Made by a program: the position numbers and the translations under genes | The notes under the pieces: generated by a model | What the model was told of the DNA's origin: nothing | The model's input: only the letters and a program-made list of their open reading frames with translations | The model's database searches: none | Assembly (NCBI GenBank): GCA_965206645.1 | Contig: CBDBKE010000004.1 | Location: 1,472,001-1,536,000, forward strand | From: Terriglobia bacterium | GTDB taxonomy: Bacteria > Acidobacteriota > Terriglobia > JAJPHL01 > JAPKYU01 | DNA length: 64,000 bases | Direction of reading: 5' to 3' | Part shown: positions 9,326 through 18,653 of the stretch, one piece after another | Numbering within the stretch: position 1 is the stretch's first letter | Layout of the letters: each line of letters starts with the position of its first letter

Positions 9326-10509
9326 GAGCGAACAAGAAATTGCTTCTCGTCGGCGGAGTCGTCCTCCTCCTTGTCCTTGTGGGCTTGTTGGGATTGCGGC
9401 GGTGGATCGGCGGTCGCCCTGAGACGATTGCCATTTCGGGCAACATCGAGCTGACTCAGGTGGACGTCGCCTTCAAGATTCCCGGCAAACTGATCGAGCG
9501 CGCCGTGGATGAAGGGGAGCCAGTTAGGAAAGGCATGGTGCTGGCGCGGCTCGATGCTGAACAGACGAAGCGCCAGAGGGAGCGCGAGCAGGCCGGGCAG
9601 ATGGCGGCTGAGTCTCAACTGCGCCAGATCGTGACCGCAGCCCAGTACCAGAAGGAAACGCTGGAAGCCGAGATCGAACTCCGCCAGGCCGAACTCCGCC
9701 AGGCCGAGGCGGGCTTGAGCGAACTGCTGGCTGGCTTTCGGAAACAGGAAATCGAGCAGGCCCGCGCCGCAGCGGAAGAAGCAGCCAGCGAAGAGCAACG
9801 CGCTACCCGAGATTGGGAGCGCGCCCAGGTCCTCCATAAGAACGATGACATCTCCAGGTCTCAGTACGATCAGTTCCGGGCACGCTACCAAGCCGCCACA
9901 GCCGCGGCCCGGCAGGCCCGGGAAGGGTTGGCTCTGGTGGAGGAAGGTCCGCGGCAGGAAGAGATTGAATCCGCCCGCGCACAGGTGGCCCGCGCCCAAG
10001 CGGCATTGCGATTGAGCAAGGCGGCGCGGCTGGAGCTGAAAAGGAAACGACAGGAGATCGAAACCCGTCGCGCGGAAACCGCGCGGGCGCGGGCGCAGGT
10101 GGGAGTGCTGGACGCGCAGCTCGACGACACGATCGCCATTTCGCCCATTGACGGCGTGGTGTTGACGAAATCGGCCGAGGTCGGCCAGGTGCTGGCCGCA
10201 GGCACTCCCGTCCTCACCGTCGGCGACCTGGCTCATCCCTGGCTCCGCGGCTACATCAACGAGACGGATCTGGGACGGGTGAAGTTGGGCGCTCGGGTGC
10301 GGGTCACCACCGACTCCTACCCGGGCAAAGTGTACTGGGGACGTCTCTCCTTCATCGCTTCCGATGCGGAGTTCACCCCCAAGCAGATTCAAACCTCCGA
10401 GGAGCGAGTCAAGCTCGTCTACCGGGTAAAGATAGACATCCCGAACCCTCAACAGGAGCTGAAATTGAACATGCCGGTGGAAGCCGAGATCCTGCTGAAT
10501 GAAGAGTGA
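9322..10509 (+). CDS. HlyD family membrane fusion protein (YbhG-like)
   Basis: SGNIELTQVDVAFKIPG lipoyl half, coiled coil, AEFTPKQIQTSEERVKLVYRVKI. Confidence 0.88.
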   Translation: MRANKKLLLVGGVVLLLVLVGLLGLRRWIGGRPETIAISGNIELTQVDVAFKIPGKLIERAVDEGEPVRKGMVLARLDAEQTKRQREREQAGQMAAESQLRQIVTAAQYQKETLEAEIELRQAELRQAEAGLSELLAGFRKQEIEQARAAAEEAASEEQRATRDWERAQVLHKNDDISRSQYDQFRARYQAATAAARQAREGLALVEEGPRQEEIESARAQVARAQAALRLSKAARLELKRKRQEIETRRAETARARAQVGVLDAQLDDTIAISPIDGVVLTKSAEVGQVLAAGTPVLTVGDLAHPWLRGYINETDLGRVKLGARVRVTTDSYPGKVYWGRLSFIASDAEFTPKQIQTSEERVKLVYRVKIDIPNPQQELKLNMPVEAEILLNEE

Positions 10510-10545
10510 GGCAAGACGGAGAAGCTCCGCCGAGAGGCGCCTGCT

Positions 10546-11529
10546 ATGCCAGATGCTATGCAAGCTGCTATGCCAGCAACAGATTCCAACGCCGCTGCAG
10601 TGATCCGAACCGCGAATTTGACCCGCCGGTTCGACGCCCTGACGGCCGTCGACCGCCTCACGCTGGAGGTATCGCGCGGGGAAATTTTCGGCCTCGTGGG
10701 TCCCGATGGGGCCGGCAAGACCACCACCTTGCGCTTGCTCTGCGGCCTGATGAACCCGACCGAAGGACAGGCTTGGGTGGCAGGCCACGACGTGGCCCGC
10801 CACCCGCAGGCGGTGAGGGACCGCATCGGGTACATGGCGCAGCGCTTTGGCCTCTACCCCGATCTCACCGTGCGGGAAAACATGCTGTTTTATGCCGACC
10901 TGTTTGGGCTCCCGACAGCCGAAGGCAAGCCGCTGATGGAACGCCTGCTGGGCGTCACCCGCATGGAGCCTTTCCAGCACCGGGCGGCCGGCCGTCTTTC
11001 GGGCGGCATGAAGCAAAAACTGGCGCTGATGTGCACGCTGCTTCACCACCCGCAAATTCTTTTTCTCGACGAGCCCACCAACGGTGTGGACCCGGTGTCG
11101 CGGCGCGATTTCTGGGCCATCCTCTATCAACTGGTGAAGCAGGGAATGACCGTACTGCTCACAACGGCCTACCTGGATGAAGCCGAGCGCTGTAATCGGG
11201 TGGGCCTGCTCGATCGCGGGCGCCTCATCCGTTGCGACTCTCCGCAGGCGCTGAAGAAGCTGGTGGCGGAGTCCTGCTACCAGGTCACCTGTTCGAACCT
11301 GAGGGCGGCGCGGGAGTTCTTGCAGACCGCCGCAGGCGTGAAGAGCGTGGAGCCGTTCGGCGCCACCCTGCACGTCTTCCTCGCGGCTCCGGAAACTTCT
11401 TCCGTGGCGCTCGAACGGGCTTTGGAGCAGGAGGGTCTGGGTCCAGCCAGCTTCCGCCCGATCACCCCGTCTCTGGAGGACGTATTCATCGCGGAGATCC
11501 GTAAGGCTTCAGCGGGGAACCATGCCTGA
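10546..11529 (+). CDS. ABC transporter ATP-binding protein (YbhF N-half-like)
   Basis: GPDGAGKTT, LSGGMKQK, LDEPTNGVDP. Confidence 0.92.
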   Translation: MPDAMQAAMPATDSNAAAVIRTANLTRRFDALTAVDRLTLEVSRGEIFGLVGPDGAGKTTTLRLLCGLMNPTEGQAWVAGHDVARHPQAVRDRIGYMAQRFGLYPDLTVRENMLFYADLFGLPTAEGKPLMERLLGVTRMEPFQHRAAGRLSGGMKQKLALMCTLLHHPQILFLDEPTNGVDPVSRRDFWAILYQLVKQGMTVLLTTAYLDEAERCNRVGLLDRGRLIRCDSPQALKKLVAESCYQVTCSNLRAAREFLQTAAGVKSVEPFGATLHVFLAAPETSSVALERALEQEGLGPASFRPITPSLEDVFIAEIRKASAGNHA

Positions 11530-12502
11530 GAGAGCCATGACCGAGGGGCCTGAGGGAAATTACCATGGGTGGGCCGTTGAGGTAGAGGGCCTCGCGAAGC
11601 GATTCGGCGCCTTTATCGCCGTAGAGCACGTTTCCTTCACTGTTCACCGGGGCGAGATTTTCGGCTTCCTCGGCCCCAACGGAGCCGGCAAGTCGACCAC
11701 CATTCGCATTCTCTGCGGGCTGCTGGCCCCGAGCGATGGCTGGGCTCGCGTAGGCGGGTTCGATGTGGCGGCCGAACCTGAGGACGTCCGAAAACATATC
11801 GGTTATATGTCCCAAAAGTTCTCGCTCTATGATGATTTGACGGTGGAGGAGAACATTGATTTCTTCAGCGGGGTCTACGGAGTTGCGAAGGAGCGGCGGG
11901 CCGAGCGCAAGCAGTACGTGCTGGCCATGGCAGGGCTGGGCGAGCGGCGGACGACGATGACGCGCCTGCTGGCCGGCGGATGGAAGCAGCGGCTGGCCCT
12001 GGGATGCGCCATCTTGCACGAGCCGCCCATCATTTTTCTCGATGAGCCGACTTCCGGCGTCGATCCGATTGCTCGCCGCGACTTTTGGGATTTGATCTAC
12101 CAGCTCTCGGCGGCCGGACACACGATTTTCGTCACCACCCATTACATGGATGAAGCCGAACATTGCCACCGGCTGGCCCTGATGTACCAGGGAAAAATTA
12201 TCGCCCTGGACGCGCCCGCCTCCTTGAAGCAGGCATTCGCGTCACACACCCTGATGGAACTGGATAGCTCGGACCCGCTGGAGAGCCTCAGAGTGCTGGA
12301 GGGAGCCGAAGGCATCGCGGAGGTGGCGGTCTTCGGCGCAGGATTGCACATCACCGCGCGCGACCCGGACACCGCCGTTAGCCAGATTCGCAGTCTGCTG
12401 GAAGAGCAAGGTATCCAGATTCAGCGCCTGGAACCAATTCAGCCCTCCATCGAGGACGTGTTCGTCGGCATGATCGCCGAGGAGGAGCGCAAGTCAGCAT
12501 GA
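11522..12502 (+). CDS. ABC transporter ATP-binding protein (YbhF C-half-like)
   Basis: GPNGAGKST, LAGGWKQR, LDEPTSGVDP, TTHYMDEAE. Confidence 0.92.
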   Translation: MPERAMTEGPEGNYHGWAVEVEGLAKRFGAFIAVEHVSFTVHRGEIFGFLGPNGAGKSTTIRILCGLLAPSDGWARVGGFDVAAEPEDVRKHIGYMSQKFSLYDDLTVEENIDFFSGVYGVAKERRAERKQYVLAMAGLGERRTTMTRLLAGGWKQRLALGCAILHEPPIIFLDEPTSGVDPIARRDFWDLIYQLSAAGHTIFVTTHYMDEAEHCHRLALMYQGKIIALDAPASLKQAFASHTLMELDSSDPLESLRVLEGAEGIAEVAVFGAGLHITARDPDTAVSQIRSLLEEQGIQIQRLEPIQPSIEDVFVGMIAEEERKSA

Positions 12503-13632
12503 ACCTGCGACGCACCCGGGCGGTGGCGAAAAAGGAATTGCTGCACATCCTGCGGGACCCCAACAGCCTGGTCATGGCGCTGGCGGTGCCGCTGGTTCTG
12601 TTGCTGCTGTTCGGCTATGCGCTGTCGCTGGACGTGGACCGCGTGCCGACCTGGATCCACGACGCCGACCGGAGCTCGGAGAGCCGGCACCTGATCTCGC
12701 GGTTTCGCGCCTCACGCTACTTTCAGGTTCTGGGCACAGCCGACCGGCTGAAAACCGTCGAGCAGAAAATTGACCGCGACGAGTGCCTGCTCGGCGTCTC
12801 CATCCCGCGGGGGTTTGCCCGTGACCTGCTTGCCGGTCGGCAAGCAGAGGTGCAACTGCTGCTGGACGGCAGCGATTCCAATACAGCGTCCATCGCCCTG
12901 GGTTATGCGGAGACGATGGTGCGTCTACACGCGGTGGAATTGCAGGAGCAGGCCCAGGTCCGCAAAATGGGGTTCCGATCGCCTCCGCCGGTCGAGAACC
13001 GGATTCGCGTCTGGTACAACAGCGACCTGGAATCGAAGAACTACATTGTGCCGGGACTGATGGCAGTCATCCTGATGATCATCGCCTCGCTGCTCACCTC
13101 CCTAACCATCGCGCGGGAGTGGGAAACGGGCACCATGGAGTCGTTGCTTGCCACGCCGCTTCGGCCGGCGGAACTGGTGCTGGGCAAGCTGGTTGCTTTT
13201 TTCGGCGTGGGCCTGGTGGATATGCTCGTGGCGCTGCTGGTCGGCGTGCTGGTTTTCCGCGTGCCGCTCCGCGGAAATGCGCTGCTGCTGTTTTTCACCG
13301 GCTGCATCTTTCTGTTCGGGGCGCTCTGCTGGGGCATTCTTCTTTCGGCCGTGGCACGTTCGCAATTGCTGGCTTACCAGTTGGGGATGCTGACTTCCTT
13401 CCTGCCCGCCTTCCTGCTCTCCGGCTTTGTCTACTCCATCGAGAACATGCCGGCGGTGATTCAGCTGGTGACCTACATCTTTCCGGCCAGGTATTTCGTC
13501 ACCATCCTCAAGGGAATCTATCTGAAGGGTGTTGGGCTGGAGGTATTGTTCCTGGAAGTCGGATTGCTGATCGTGTACGCGGCGATTATCTTCGCCGTTG
13601 CTACAAAGAAGGTGAAACAGAAGTTGGCCTGA
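12499..13632 (+). CDS. ABC-2 type permease (YbhS-like)
   Basis: KELLHILRD, DGSDSNTA, AREWETGTMESL, multiple TM helices. Confidence 0.9.
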   Translation: MNLRRTRAVAKKELLHILRDPNSLVMALAVPLVLLLLFGYALSLDVDRVPTWIHDADRSSESRHLISRFRASRYFQVLGTADRLKTVEQKIDRDECLLGVSIPRGFARDLLAGRQAEVQLLLDGSDSNTASIALGYAETMVRLHAVELQEQAQVRKMGFRSPPPVENRIRVWYNSDLESKNYIVPGLMAVILMIIASLLTSLTIAREWETGTMESLLATPLRPAELVLGKLVAFFGVGLVDMLVALLVGVLVFRVPLRGNALLLFFTGCIFLFGALCWGILLSAVARSQLLAYQLGMLTSFLPAFLLSGFVYSIENMPAVIQLVTYIFPARYFVTILKGIYLKGVGLEVLFLEVGLLIVYAAIIFAVATKKVKQKLA

Positions 13633-13637
13633 CGGCG

Positions 13638-14795
13638 ATGTGGGAGCGTATCCGGGAAATCGTTCGCAAAGAGCTGCGCCAGGCGCTGCGGGAGCCACGC
13701 ATGCGGGTTGTCTTGTTCATCCCGCCCTTGATCCAGCTGCTCATCTTTGGCTACGCGGTCAATCTGGACGTGGAGACCAGCCGCCTCGCCTGGATGGACC
13801 GGGATCGGACCCCGGCCAGCCGCGAGTTGTACGAGGCCTTTGCCGGCTCGGGGCGGTTCCAGATGACGGCCTCACCCTCCCGCGAGAGCGAAGTCGAGGA
13901 GTTGTTGGATCACGGCCGCGTGCATGCCGTGGTCCACGTACTTCCCGGGTTTGGCCGCAACATCGCTCGCGGCAAGACCGCCGGGGTGCAGGTTTTGCTG
14001 GACGGCAGTAACTCCAATACTGCCTCCATCGTTTCCGCCTACGCCTCCGGTGTCATTACCGCCTACGGTAACCGAGTCCGGGCTCGGCAACAGAGAGCGC
14101 GGCTGGTGGCCCGCACCACTCGCGCCGGTGAACCTGTCGCCGCCGCCCCGCCGCCGCTGGAGATCCGAAGTCGCGTCTGGTTCAACCCGGACTTACGCAG
14201 CCGGAACTACTACGTCCCGGGGGTGGTGATCAACATCATCACGCTGGTCACGATCATGCTGACGGCCATGGCCATCGTTCGCGAGAAAGAAATCGGCACC
14301 ATGGAGCAATTGCTGGTGACGCCGATCCGCCCGGTGGAGCTGATGATCGGCAAAACACTGCCGTTTGCCCTGGTGGGGCTGTTCGATCTGGCACTTGTCA
14401 CCGCGGCCGCTCTGGTGGTGTTTCGCATTCCATTCCGGGGCAGCCCGCTATTGCTGCTGGGCAGCGCCCTGCTGTTCCTGCTGACCACGCTGGGCATTGG
14501 CCTGTTCCTCTCCACCATCTCCCAGACGCAACAGCAAGCGATGATGGCCTCGTTCTTCTTTTTCATGCCCGCCTTCATGCTCAGCGGCTTCGCCTTCCCC
14601 ATCCGGAACATGCCCATACCTGTGCAGCTGCTCAGCTATCTGAACCCGCTGCGGTATTTCATGGAAATTTCCCGCAACATCTTCCTAAAAGGAACCGGCA
14701 TTACGGTGCTGTGGCCGCAGATGCTGGCGCTGCTGGTTTTCGGGATCACCATCCTGGGTCTCAGTTCCCTCCGCTTCCGCAAGCGCCTGGATTGA
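13638..14795 (+). CDS. ABC-2 type permease (YbhR-like)
   Basis: MWERIREIVRKELRQ start, DGSNSNTA, VREKEIGTMEQL. Confidence 0.9.
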   Translation: MWERIREIVRKELRQALREPRMRVVLFIPPLIQLLIFGYAVNLDVETSRLAWMDRDRTPASRELYEAFAGSGRFQMTASPSRESEVEELLDHGRVHAVVHVLPGFGRNIARGKTAGVQVLLDGSNSNTASIVSAYASGVITAYGNRVRARQQRARLVARTTRAGEPVAAAPPPLEIRSRVWFNPDLRSRNYYVPGVVINIITLVTIMLTAMAIVREKEIGTMEQLLVTPIRPVELMIGKTLPFALVGLFDLALVTAAALVVFRIPFRGSPLLLLGSALLFLLTTLGIGLFLSTISQTQQQAMMASFFFFMPAFMLSGFAFPIRNMPIPVQLLSYLNPLRYFMEISRNIFLKGTGITVLWPQMLALLVFGITILGLSSLRFRKRLD

Positions 14796-14818
14796 AAAAG
14801 CTCTTCTCTCGCCGTGTG

Positions 14819-14855
14819 CACGCGGCATTCGCGTCGTACTGCCTACTGCCTACTG
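14819..14855 (-). repeat. 37-bp direct repeat of 16663-16699 (heptamer arm plus first codons of the four-helix-bundle gene)
   Basis: 33/37 identical: cacgcggcattcgcgtcgtactgcctactgcctactg vs cacgcagcattctcgtcgtactgcgtaccgcctactg. Confidence 0.85.
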
Positions 14856-16304
14856 GTCCAGCGCGGCCAGCTCGTCGCGGCGTCGCCGCTGCATCAGCGC
14901 GTAGTAGGCGGCGAAGGCCACGCCAAAGCTGATGAACCAGGAGCAGTCGTAAAGGAAGCGCAGGGGAGGCACCAGCAGCCCAAGAAGCGCCGTAGCGGCG
15001 CCCAGGACGAGGGCAGCGATGGACCGTCCATTGAATCCACGGGAAAACTCATAGAAGCCGCCACGGATGTAAAGTTCGTCCACCAGCAGGACCTTGCGGC
15101 GCAGGAGGAAGTAATCGCAGATCATAATTGCTGCCACGGGGCCCAGCACCGCGGCATAGCCGCCCAGCCAGCCAAAGATGTAGCTCTGGTAGTCCGTCAG
15201 AAGCTTCCAGGGCATCATGGCCGCACCCACGAAGCAGGTGATGGCGCCCCCGGTCCTGAAGCTGATGCGGCGGGGCCAGAGATTGGAGAAAGCGTTGGCC
15301 GGGGCCACCACGTTGGTTCCCAGGTTGACGTTCAACGTCGCCAGTAGGACGGCAAGCAGCGCGAGCACCACAACGACCGGCGACCCAAAGCGGCTCAAGA
15401 GCTCGACCGGATCCCAGATGGCCTGGCCAAAGACCACCACGCTGGCTGAGGTCACCGCTACCCCGATGAACGAGTACAACGTCATGGTGGCTGGCAGGGC
15501 CAAGGCCTGGCCGAGCATCTGCTGGCGCTGGTTGCGGGCGAAGCGGGTGAAATCGGGAATGTTCAGCGACACGGTAGCCCAGAAGCCCACCGCGCCGTTT
15601 AACACAGGCACAAAAAACCCTACAAACTCGCCGAAGGTCGCAAAGCGGGAGGGCGCGGCCAGCAGCGGCCCAAAACCGCCTGCGGTGGTGTAGGCCCAAC
15701 CCAGCAGCAGCAAGCCCACCCCCAGCAGGAATGGCGCGCTGACGCCTTGCAGGAAACGGACGGCTTCGATGCCTCTAACAATGAAGACTAAGTTGATCAA
15801 CCAGAAGGCGGCGAAGCAAATGGCGGCGCCGTGGGGCACGTGTTTCCACGAGGGCCACAGCGTCATCAGCAACGTGTTGATCGCCTGACCGCCGATCCAG
15901 ATCTGGATGCCGAACCAGCCACAGGCCACCAGCGCCCGCAGCAGTGCTGGAATGTTGGCGCCCAGCACGCCGAAGGAGGCCCGGGCCAGCACAGGGAACG
16001 GGATGCCGTAGCGGGCGCCAGGGTGCGAATTCAAAAGCATCGGCACCAGTACGATGCTGTTGCCGAGGAAGATGGTGGCCACTGCCTGCCCCCAGCTCAT
16101 CCCGCCCTGGATGTAGCCGGCGGCCAGCATATAGGTGAGAATGTTGACCGACATGGAGACCCACAGGGCAGCGTAGTTGTAGGTACTCCAGGTGCGGCGC
16201 TCGGGCGGGACCGGCGCCAAGTCGGGGTTGTAGAGTGATCCGGGATGCGACCGGTAGTTGGCAGTAGGCGGTAGGCGGTGGGCAGCAGGCAACAACTCGA
16301 CCAT
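14850..16304 (-). CDS. NCS1 family nucleobase:cation symporter (cytosine/uracil/allantoin permease)
   Basis: LYNPDLAPVP..RRTW, GARYGIPFPVLARASFG, NIPDFTRFA; TGATG overlap with the upstream gene. Confidence 0.9.
   Translation of the reverse strand: MVELLPAAHRLPPTANYRSHPGSLYNPDLAPVPPERRTWSTYNYAALWVSMSVNILTYMLAAGYIQGGMSWGQAVATIFLGNSIVLVPMLLNSHPGARYGIPFPVLARASFGVLGANIPALLRALVACGWFGIQIWIGGQAINTLLMTLWPSWKHVPHGAAICFAAFWLINLVFIVRGIEAVRFLQGVSAPFLLGVGLLLLGWAYTTAGGFGPLLAAPSRFATFGEFVGFFVPVLNGAVGFWATVSLNIPDFTRFARNQRQQMLGQALALPATMTLYSFIGVAVTSASVVVFGQAIWDPVELLSRFGSPVVVVLALLAVLLATLNVNLGTNVVAPANAFSNLWPRRISFRTGGAITCFVGAAMMPWKLLTDYQSYIFGWLGGYAAVLGPVAAIMICDYFLLRRKVLLVDELYIRGGFYEFSRGFNGRSIAALVLGAATALLGLLVPPLRFLYDCSWFISFGVAFAAYYALMQRRRRDELAALDQ
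16260..16294. repeat. Heptamer array (GGCRGTA-like, 5 units), left inverted arm
   Basis: ggcagta ggcggta ggcggtg ggcagca ggcaaca. Confidence 0.85.
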
Positions 16305-16672
16305 CAGGGCATGAATTTCTTGGGGTCGGTCATCATTTTGCCGAGCATCCTGCCCAATTCTTCGTACCCCGCAACTAATTGCATATGAACCTCCTGCGAC
16401 AAGTACCCGCAATCCCGAGCAAAGTCGAGCCAAACCTGAGTTTCAGTGGCCTCAGCGTCGGCGTCGGCCAACTTGCTAGCAAACATATTCGGATATTGCC
16501 GCTTCCGGTAGCCCTCGGCGATATTGGCGGCAACGCTCCGTGACGAGCGGCGGATCTGATCGGTTAGAGAGTAACGTTCGTCTATTGGGAATGCTTTGGA
16601 CTCATTGAAGATTCGCGTCGCAAGCTTGTACGCCAACTGGTAAACCTTCAGCGCTCTGTGGCCACGCAGCAT
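16304..16672 (-). CDS. Four-helix-bundle protein (23S rRNA IVS protein / TIGR02436-type)
   Basis: LKVYQLAY...FP..ERYSLTDQIRRSSRSVAANIAEGY...EATETQVWLDFARDCGY signature; visibly lower GC than neighbours. Confidence 0.9.
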   Translation of the reverse strand: MLRGHRALKVYQLAYKLATRIFNESKAFPIDERYSLTDQIRRSSRSVAANIAEGYRKRQYPNMFASKLADADAEATETQVWLDFARDCGYLSQEVHMQLVAGYEELGRMLGKMMTDPKKFMP

Positions 16673-16680
16673 TCTCGTCG

Positions 16681-16715
16681 TACTGCGTACCGCCTACTGC
16701 CTACCGCCTACTGTT
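16681..16715. repeat. Heptamer array (TACYGCC-like, 5 units), right inverted arm
   Basis: tactgcg taccgcc tactgcc taccgcc tactgtt; imperfect reverse complement of 16260-16294. Confidence 0.85.
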
Positions 16716-18224
16716 TCAGTAGAAGCTGCTTTCGCGCTTGCGGCCGGTGTAATCCACGTAGACCGCCTTCAGCTCGGTGAAGAAGTCAATGGCCACGCGG
16801 CCCTGCTCGCGAAGGCCAATTCCGGTGCCTTTGATGCCGCCGAAAGGAACATGGGCTTCGCCGCCGGTGGTGGGCGAGTTGATGTGGATGACTCCGGTTT
16901 CGACGCGGTCCACGAAATCGAAGACGCGCGCGACGTCTTGGGTGTAGATGGAGGAGGAGAGGCCGAAAACAACGCCGTTGGCCACTTCCAGCGCCTCGCG
17001 GTAGTCCTTCACCCGGATCACAGAGAGCACCGGGCCGAAGATCTCCTCCTGGGCAATGCGCATCTGCGGGCGGACGTGGTCAAAGACGGTCGGGACGATG
17101 AACCAGCCCCGGTCGTTGGCACCGCCGCGCAGACGGTCGCCGCCGCACAACAGTTTGGCTCCTTCGCCGCGCCCGATTTCCAGGTAGTTGAGCACGGTCT
17201 GGAATTGACTCTCATCCACCGCCGGCCCGACGTCAACGTCTGGCTCAGAGCCGTCGCCCACGCGCAACTTACGGGCTCGTTCCACCACGCGGCCGACGAA
17301 TTCCTCAGCCACCTCCTCGACGACAACCGCCCGGCTAGTGGCCGTGCAGCGCTGGCCGGTGGAGCCGAAGGCGCCCTGCACGGTGCTTTCCACCGCCAGT
17401 TCCAGGTCGGCATCCTCCAACACCACCAGCGGGTTCTTGCCGCCCATCTCACACTGGCAGGGGAGCTGGCGCCGCGCGCCCTGGGCGTAAAGCCGGGTGC
17501 CTATCTCGTTTGAGCCGGTGAAGCTGACCGCCTTCACCGCCGGGTTTTCGACGAGCTCGTCGCCCACCTGGCTGCCCGAGCCTACCACCAGGTTCAGCAC
17601 ACCTGCGGGCAGTCCCGCCTCCACGAAGCACTTCACCAGCTCCATGCCCAGGAACGGTGTGAGGCTGGCGGGCTTGAAAACCACGGTGTTGCCTGCGACC
17701 AGAGCCGGGGCAATCTTCCACGCCGGGATAGCCACTGGAAAATTCCAGGGGGTGATAGCGGCCACCACTCCCAGCGGGTGTTTTACCGTGTAGCAAAAGT
17801 TCTTCGGCAGCTCCGAGGGCAAGGTGTCGCCGATGATGCGGCGGGACTCGCCGGCCATGTATTCCAGCACGTTGATCGCCCGCAAGAGCTCACCCAGAGA
17901 CTCCTTCACCGTCTTGCCTTCTTCACGGGTGAGAGCGCGGGCCAGCTCATCTTTCCGGTCGGTCATGATCTGGGCTGCGCGCGCAACGAACCGCCCGCGC
18001 ACCGGGGCAGGTGTCTCGCGCCAGGCGGGAAACGCCGCGGCTGCCGCCTGGATAGCGGCCTGCGCCTCTTCTCGCGTGGCCAGCGGAATTACGCCCACCA
18101 GATCATCGAAATTGGCGGGATTGCGCCGCTCCAGACTCTTGCCGGACGCAGATTCTTCCCAGCGCCCACCGATGAAATTCTTGGCTCGGGCGACTTCCCG
18201 CTCTTGCTTCGTTAGAACACCCAT
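16716..18224 (-). CDS. Aldehyde dehydrogenase family protein
   Basis: ITPWNFP, FTGS, EMGGKNP, GQRCTA catalytic Cys, EEIFGPV. Confidence 0.93.
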   Translation of the reverse strand: MGVLTKQEREVARAKNFIGGRWEESASGKSLERRNPANFDDLVGVIPLATREEAQAAIQAAAAAFPAWRETPAPVRGRFVARAAQIMTDRKDELARALTREEGKTVKESLGELLRAINVLEYMAGESRRIIGDTLPSELPKNFCYTVKHPLGVVAAITPWNFPVAIPAWKIAPALVAGNTVVFKPASLTPFLGMELVKCFVEAGLPAGVLNLVVGSGSQVGDELVENPAVKAVSFTGSNEIGTRLYAQGARRQLPCQCEMGGKNPLVVLEDADLELAVESTVQGAFGSTGQRCTATSRAVVVEEVAEEFVGRVVERARKLRVGDGSEPDVDVGPAVDESQFQTVLNYLEIGRGEGAKLLCGGDRLRGGANDRGWFIVPTVFDHVRPQMRIAQEEIFGPVLSVIRVKDYREALEVANGVVFGLSSSIYTQDVARVFDFVDRVETGVIHINSPTTGGEAHVPFGGIKGTGIGLREQGRVAIDFFTELKAVYVDYTGRKRESSFY

Positions 18225-18433
18225 TGCTGCCTCCTTCGCTCGTCGGTGCGTAGGCATCGACAGGCTTCAGCCTACCAGACGGCGCCTCAAATGGTAACGC
18301 TAAGTACCGGTCGCAACCCGGGGCCGGACTGCGGTAAAGGCCTGGTCTCCACGTCGGCCTTTGAGGATGCGCGCGCGCCAGCTGCACCGCGGTCTCGTTG
18401 GCCCCGCTATTGGTAAAGAATCGGTCCCGCTAA

Positions 18434-18449
18434 TGGCAAAGAAATTGCA
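18434..18449 (+). promoter_or_regulatory. Possible sigma-54 -24/-12 promoter
   Basis: TGGCAAAGAAATTGCA has GG-N10-GC and one mismatch to TGGCAC-N5-TTGCA. Confidence 0.35.
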
Positions 18450-18653
18450 AGCTCCTGGTAATAGTGCGCCAGAGAGGGAAAAAGCTACGCTTGATGTTTG
18501 CGGTACAGACCTTCCCTGGTCATCGAAAACCGGCCCAATATACCACAGTGGGAGCCAGTGGCCGCGCTGACACACCCGCTGCCCGGCCGAAAGAGCCGAA
18601 AAAGCGGGCGTGCTAGTATAGGAACTGATTTCGGCTTTCGAAAGGGAGACTGG

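Noticed and set aside
10546-12502. Two tandem ABC ATPase genes
   Set aside because: Corresponds to a split YbhF-type double ATPase, a common arrangement
16304-16433. N-terminal extension of the NCS1 ORF to 16433
   Set aside because: Overlaps the four-helix-bundle gene; the TGATG-coupled ATG at 16304 is the more plausible start
16304-16672. Diversity-generating retroelement suggested by the Avd-like fold
   Set aside because: No reverse transcriptase and no TR/VR pair with adenine-specific differences seen in the window
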